Assembly: GCA_043821645.1 (NCBI GenBank)
Contig: JBDRCO010000068.1
Coordinates: 128,001 to 192,000 of the forward strand
Reading direction: 5' to 3'
DNA from: Pseudomonadota bacterium
Lineage (GTDB): Bacteria > Myxococcota > JACRCW01 > JAFGSX01
DNA: 64,000 nt
Shown: in pieces, positions 59,452 through 64,000 of the stretch
Position numbering within the stretch: the stretch's first letter is position 1
How the letters are laid out: each line of letters starts with the position of its first letter
Position numbers and translations under genes: made by a program
The notes under the pieces: generated by a model
Databases searched by the model: none
Told to the model about the DNA's origin: nothing
What the model saw: the letters and a program-made list of their open reading frames with translations, nothing else

Positions 59452-62115
59452 TTACGGGCCGTCCTTGTCGAGGAGGGCCTTGAGTTCGGCAAGCAGGCTC
59501 ATGGCCTGCAAGGGCGTGATGCGATCGAGGTCGAGCGGGCGCAGCTTCTTGCGCAGCGGATCCGCGCCCGCGGGGGGCGCACCGAACAGGTTGAGCTGGT
59601 TGGACGAGGCCCGGGGTTTGCCCCGAACGCGCCCAAGGCGCGGCAGGTTATCGTCGTCGTAGGCATCCTTCTCGAGCTGGGCCAGCACCTCCTTGGCGCG
59701 ATCCAGGACCGCCGACGGCAGGTTGGCCAGGCGCGCGACCTGGATGCCGTAGGAGCGCTCGGCGCAGCCATCGAGCAGGCGGCGAATGAAGTGCACCTCG
59801 TCGTTCCACTCCTTGACCGCCACGTGCACGTTGTGGACGCGCGGTAGCAGTCGCGCCAGCTCGGTCAGCTCGTGGTAGTGGGTGGCGAACACGGTGCGCG
59901 CGCCCACCGTGTCGTGCAGGTACTCGGTCACCGCCCAGGCGATGGCCAGGCCGTCAAAAGTGCTGGTGCCGCGTCCGATCTCGTCCAGGAGCACCAGCGA
60001 GGCCCGGCTGGCGCCGTGCAGGATGCGGGCGGTCTCTATCATCTCGACCATGAAGGTCGAGCGGCCACGGCTCACATCGTCGCTGGCCCCCACGCGGGTG
60101 AACACCCGATCACATAGCGCCAGTCTGGCGCGGGTGGCGGGGACGAAGCTCCCCGCCTGGGCCAGCACCTGGATCAGCGCCACCTGGCGCATGATGGTGG
60201 ACTTGCCCGCCATGTTGGGGCCGGTCATGACCAGCACCTGGCGGTCCTTGCAGTCCAGCTCGACATCGTTGGGCACGAAGGGTTCGCCCAGCTCCCGCGA
60301 CAGCTGCTCGACCACGGGATGCCGGCCCTCCTCGATGAACAGGGCACGATCGTCGTCGTCGTGGATCTCGGGCCTGCAATAACTGTGGCGGGCCGCCGTC
60401 TCGGCGAAGCCGGCCAGGGCGTCGATCTCACCAAGGGCACCGGCGGTGCGCCGCAACGACGGGCCGCGGAGTGTGACCTGCCCGCACAGAGCCTCGAACA
60501 GCGCGAGCTCGCGCGCGAGGCGACGCTCGTCGGCATGCAGGATCTCGTCCTCGAGGGTCTTGAGCTCCTCGGTGATGAAGCGCTCGCCATTGGCGATGGT
60601 CTGCTTGCGGATCCAGTCCACAGGTACCTTGGCCAGGTGGGTTCGCGTGACCTCGATGAAGTAGCCAAAGACCTTGTTGTAACGGACCTTGAGCGAGGGG
60701 ATCCCGGTGCGCTCGCGCTCGCGGTGCTCGATGGCGGCGAGGGCATCCTTGGCTCCTCCCGCGATCCGACTGAGGCGGTCGATCTCGGCATCGTGGCCAG
60801 GTCGCACGAAGCGGCCGTCGCGGGTCTGAGCCGGAGGCTCGTCGACCAGGCTGTGCGCCAGGACCTCCTGCAGCTCGCCCAGGGGTTCCAGGCGCGAGGC
60901 CAGATCCGCCAGGGCGGGAGCGGGCTGCAGCAGGATCTGCACCTCGGGGACGCGCAGCAGGCCATCGCGAAGGGCGCCCAGATCGCGCGGTGACGCATGC
61001 CCGGCGGCCACGCGCGCTGCCAGGCGTTCGAGATCCGGGATGTGGCGCAGCAGGTCCCGCAGATCCTGGCGGGTCACCGGCGCCTGCCACAGAGCCTGCA
61101 CGGCATCGAGACGCGCCTCGACCACGGCGCGCACTCGGGATGGCGCCACCAGCCAGCGCGCACAGCGGCGGCTGCCCATGGCCGTGACGCACTGGTCGAC
61201 CGCACCGAGCAGGGAGCCCCGGCGCTTGCCGTCGACGTTGTTCTGCAGCAGGTCCAGGTGTCGCCGGGTCGCCGCGTCCAGCACCAGGTGGGCATCGGGG
61301 CTGTCCCAGCGCACAGTACCGATCTGATCCGCACGACCGCGCTGCACTTGCAGCACGTAGGCCACTGCGCTGCGGGCGGCTTGGGCCGCGGCGCCGGCCT
61401 CGGATTGTCCCTCGGGCCAGCGCTGCGCCAGGAACTCCGCATCGAGAGCGCGCCCCAGATTCAGGTCGACGTGCTGCAGGCGGCGTCGCCGGTCCAGGCT
61501 CTCGATGCGCTTGATCAGCGAGGCCGTGACCTCCCCGGCCACCAGCAACTCGGCCACGCCCAGGCGATCCAGGGCCTCGACGAGATCCTCCGCATCCGCG
61601 CTCTCCTGCACCGCGATCTCGCCGGTGGACACGTCGAGCGCGCACAGGCCCCACATCACCGTGGTCTCGTCTCGCAGCTCGCACAGCGCGGCCAGGTAGT
61701 TGTTGCGGCGCGCGTCCAGCGACACCTCGTCGAGGGTGGTGCCGGCGGTCACCAGGCGCGTGATCTCGCGCTTGACCAGACCCTTGGCCAGCTTCGGATC
61801 TTCGACCTGGTCGCACACCGCGACTTTGATCCCCTGCTCCACCAGCCGTGGGATGTAGCTGCTGGCGGCATGGTGCGGAAACCCGGCCATGGGAATGGCG
61901 TCGTCACCCTTGTCCCTGTCGCGGCTGGTCAGGGTGAGATCCAGCACCTGCGAGGCGGTCACCGCGTCCTCGAAGAACATCTCGTAGAAGTCGCCCATGC
62001 GAAACAGCAGCAGGGCGTCAGGATGCGTCGCCTTGGCCTCCAGGTACTGGCGCATCATGGGTGTGACACGCGGGGTCGCGTGCTTCTCCCCGCTGCGCTG
62101 TTCGGCCGTGGTCAT
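59452..62115 (-). CDS. mutS: DNA mismatch repair protein MutS
   Basis: TPMMRQY, RMGDFYEMF, TGPNMAGKST, STFMVEM, DEIGRGT, ATHYHEL, SYGIQVA. Confidence 0.98.
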   Translation of the reverse strand: MTTAEQRSGEKHATPRVTPMMRQYLEAKATHPDALLLFRMGDFYEMFFEDAVTASQVLDLTLTSRDRDKGDDAIPMAGFPHHAASSYIPRLVEQGIKVAVCDQVEDPKLAKGLVKREITRLVTAGTTLDEVSLDARRNNYLAALCELRDETTVMWGLCALDVSTGEIAVQESADAEDLVEALDRLGVAELLVAGEVTASLIKRIESLDRRRRLQHVDLNLGRALDAEFLAQRWPEGQSEAGAAAQAARSAVAYVLQVQRGRADQIGTVRWDSPDAHLVLDAATRRHLDLLQNNVDGKRRGSLLGAVDQCVTAMGSRRCARWLVAPSRVRAVVEARLDAVQALWQAPVTRQDLRDLLRHIPDLERLAARVAAGHASPRDLGALRDGLLRVPEVQILLQPAPALADLASRLEPLGELQEVLAHSLVDEPPAQTRDGRFVRPGHDAEIDRLSRIAGGAKDALAAIEHRERERTGIPSLKVRYNKVFGYFIEVTRTHLAKVPVDWIRKQTIANGERFITEELKTLEDEILHADERRLARELALFEALCGQVTLRGPSLRRTAGALGEIDALAGFAETAARHSYCRPEIHDDDDRALFIEEGRHPVVEQLSRELGEPFVPNDVELDCKDRQVLVMTGPNMAGKSTIMRQVALIQVLAQAGSFVPATRARLALCDRVFTRVGASDDVSRGRSTFMVEMIETARILHGASRASLVLLDEIGRGTSTFDGLAIAWAVTEYLHDTVGARTVFATHYHELTELARLLPRVHNVHVAVKEWNDEVHFIRRLLDGCAERSYGIQVARLANLPSAVLDRAKEVLAQLEKDAYDDDNLPRLGRVRGKPRASSNQLNLFGAPPAGADPLRKKLRPLDLDRITPLQAMSLLAELKALLDKDGP

Positions 62116-62213
62116 GCCGCAGTCCCGTTGCCAAGCCCGCCCAAGGGTGCGAAGCGCGGCAAACTAGCACATGAAGTTTTGCTCCGAAAGGCTTGATATC
62201 GCTGGCTTGCCAA

Positions 62214-63182
62214 TCACTGACCCATGCTGGTCTGGCGCAACAAGATGCGCAGCGCGACCACGCCGGGCTGGCATTGCACCAGCAGTTCGTCACCGCTCAA
62301 TGCGTGGTCGGCACCCAGCCTGGCGGCGGGTTGCACGGCGGTGGCATCGAGCACGCGAAAGGCATGCCCATCCACATCCACCCACAGCGGAGCCCAGGCC
62401 GACAGGCCGCGCACAAGGCCAAACACCTGCTGGGCTGGCACATCGAAGCGCAGCTGGAGGTCGTCGTGATCTGGCCTGGCGTGGCGACTCGCGCGCTGCG
62501 GATCCTGCGGCAGAGGTCGTGCGCTGCCATCGAGCACGCTGTCCACAGCGCGGACCATGAGCGCGGCTGCGGTGTCGGCGAGTTTGTCCAGGTAGTGCGG
62601 TCCGGTCTCGCCGGACTCGATGGCCACGGGCTCCTGCTGCAACACGTCGCCCGAATCCTCGCCCGCATCGACAGCGTGGATGGTGATTCCACCCTCGCGC
62701 TCACCGTTCTTGAACATCCAGAACAGCGGTGAGGGACCGCGATAAGCAGGAAGCAGCGAGGGGTGTGCGTTGAGCGTGGCGCGGCGCGGAATCTCGAGCA
62801 CGGATTTCTTGAGCAACTGGTTGAAGAAAGAGATGCAGATGAAGTCCGGCTCTGCCTTTGCGATGAGCTCGCGGGCCTTGAGGGCGCTGGCATTGCCCAC
62901 CACGTAGCATGGGGTGCCAAACAACGCCGCGACATGAAAAGGGTCGGTTTCCTCGCGATCGACGGCGGGCAAGCGGTGGGTCAGGCGATTCACCGCGCGG
63001 GCCGCCACGCCCGTGAAGTAGGTCGAGCGGGTGAGGATGTTGCGGCGCCGGCTCTCAAGGCCGCCAAAGGGTTTGATCACCAGGCATACGTCGTGACCGC
63101 GATGGTAGAGCGCATGGAGCACGCGTGTCGAATACACGCTGTCCATGCCCAGAAACACGATGCGCGTGGCCTGCGGTGCCAT
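62214..63182 (-). CDS. Formyltransferase family protein (Fmt-like)
   Basis: NAHPSLLPAYRGPSP, GGITIH...DSGD. Confidence 0.85.
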   Translation of the reverse strand: MAPQATRIVFLGMDSVYSTRVLHALYHRGHDVCLVIKPFGGLESRRRNILTRSTYFTGVAARAVNRLTHRLPAVDREETDPFHVAALFGTPCYVVGNASALKARELIAKAEPDFICISFFNQLLKKSVLEIPRRATLNAHPSLLPAYRGPSPLFWMFKNGEREGGITIHAVDAGEDSGDVLQQEPVAIESGETGPHYLDKLADTAAALMVRAVDSVLDGSARPLPQDPQRASRHARPDHDDLQLRFDVPAQQVFGLVRGLSAWAPLWVDVDGHAFRVLDATAVQPAARLGADHALSGDELLVQCQPGVVALRILLRQTSMGQ

Positions 63183-63293
63183 GTTCAGGGGATAGCGCAG
63201 CCGCGGTCACGACTCAACAAACATCGCGAGGTGCAGCGCAACTCGAGCTCTTCGGTGTCCGCTTGCGGCAGCCTGGATATCGAGGGCTTGGCG

Positions 63294-63632
63294 TCAACCC
63301 TTCAAGGAGACCTTGTGCTTCCCCTCGGCGTGCCCCGGGTGCACGGAGCCCTGCCCCATGATGCGCCGTATGGTCTGCCGCTCATCGTGCGCACGCTTCT
63401 CGCTGGCCTCGCGCTTGGCCTGCTCCTCGGCGTCGTCGACCAGCAGGGCCTTGGCCCGGGCGGTCTGATTTTCGCCCAGGACCTCGCCGAATTTTTTCTT
63501 GGGCGGCGTGCGCCATGCGCGCTCGGCCCGGGCATAGTCGGCCTGTATGGACTCCACGCGCTCCGGGTCGGTGGTCATCCCGGTCCCGGTGATGATGGCG
63601 CGTGGTTCAACCCGTCGATGTTCTTCTGCCAT
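63294..63632 (-). CDS. Hypothetical protein
   Basis: ATG at 63632 with GAGG upstream; charged helical protein ending LKG. Confidence 0.6.
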   Translation of the reverse strand: MAEEHRRVEPRAIITGTGMTTDPERVESIQADYARAERAWRTPPKKKFGEVLGENQTARAKALLVDDAEEQAKREASEKRAHDERQTIRRIMGQGSVHPGHAEGKHKVSLKG

Positions 63633-63694
63633 GGCCTCTATCTCTGTGGTCTTGCATCCACCTGTCGAAGTATCGGTCGAACTGTCGCCCTTGT

Positions 63695-64000
63695 TCACCG
63701 CGGTCCACAAAGTGCCCAGGCCAGGCCCGCGGCGAAGTCCGCGCCCCTGTCCAGGATGGCCTCCGCTCGTGGCCCAGGCCCCGCGTCGGGAATGATGGGA
63801 AGGCCGAGCGTGGGCGTGGCGAGCTGCACGGATTCGGCACAGGGGGGCTGGATTTGATAGCCCTGTTCCACCTTGAGCCCGGGCCAGACAGCGCGCGCCG
63901 ACTGCTCTGTGTGCGCGACCACCCATCGCAGATTCGCCGGCGGCGCAACCACCTCGCGGTCGTGGGAAAGCACCACCGGCAGCTTCTTGACCCGCAGGTA
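63695..64000 (-). CDS. C-terminal part of a protein starting beyond the window
   Basis: Frame is open from the window end to the stop at 63695; no motif recognised. Confidence 0.5.
   Translation of the reverse strand, partial: YLRVKKLPVVLSHDREVVAPPANLRWVVAHTEQSARAVWPGLKVEQGYQIQPPCAESVQLATPTLGLPIIPDAGPGPRAEAILDRGADFAAGLAWALCGPR

Overview
High-GC chromosomal window, most likely from a Myxococcota/deltaproteobacterial lineage (MYXO-CTERM-like sorting tails, TIGR02266-type PilZ protein, Cys-rich lipoproteins). It holds about 50 CDS and two tRNAs (Val-GAC, Pro-GGG), including iscS-mnmA-cca, yfgM-bamB, surE-nlpD-cpoB-LysM-dprA, mutS, a HelD-like helicase and rlmD. The window appears to contain the replication terminus: a 28-bp dif site lies at 35218-35245, and the KOPS-type octamer GGGCAGGG flips strand across it. 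The most unusual signal is a set of extra Xer-type 11-6-11 sites built from two XerD-like arms. One is a perfect palindrome that fills the mnmA-cca junction (33089-33116), a second is at 36239-36266, a weaker one is at 27723-27750, and several half-sites also occur. Together they suggest an XerD-only terminus site array or a dif-cassette system. The second highlight is a SulP/SLC26 transporter with a CxxCH motif in a large loop and four 151-aa STAS repeats, facing a four-gene phosphorelay that includes a pseudo-kinase. All calls come from reading the sequence by eye; no database searches were run.
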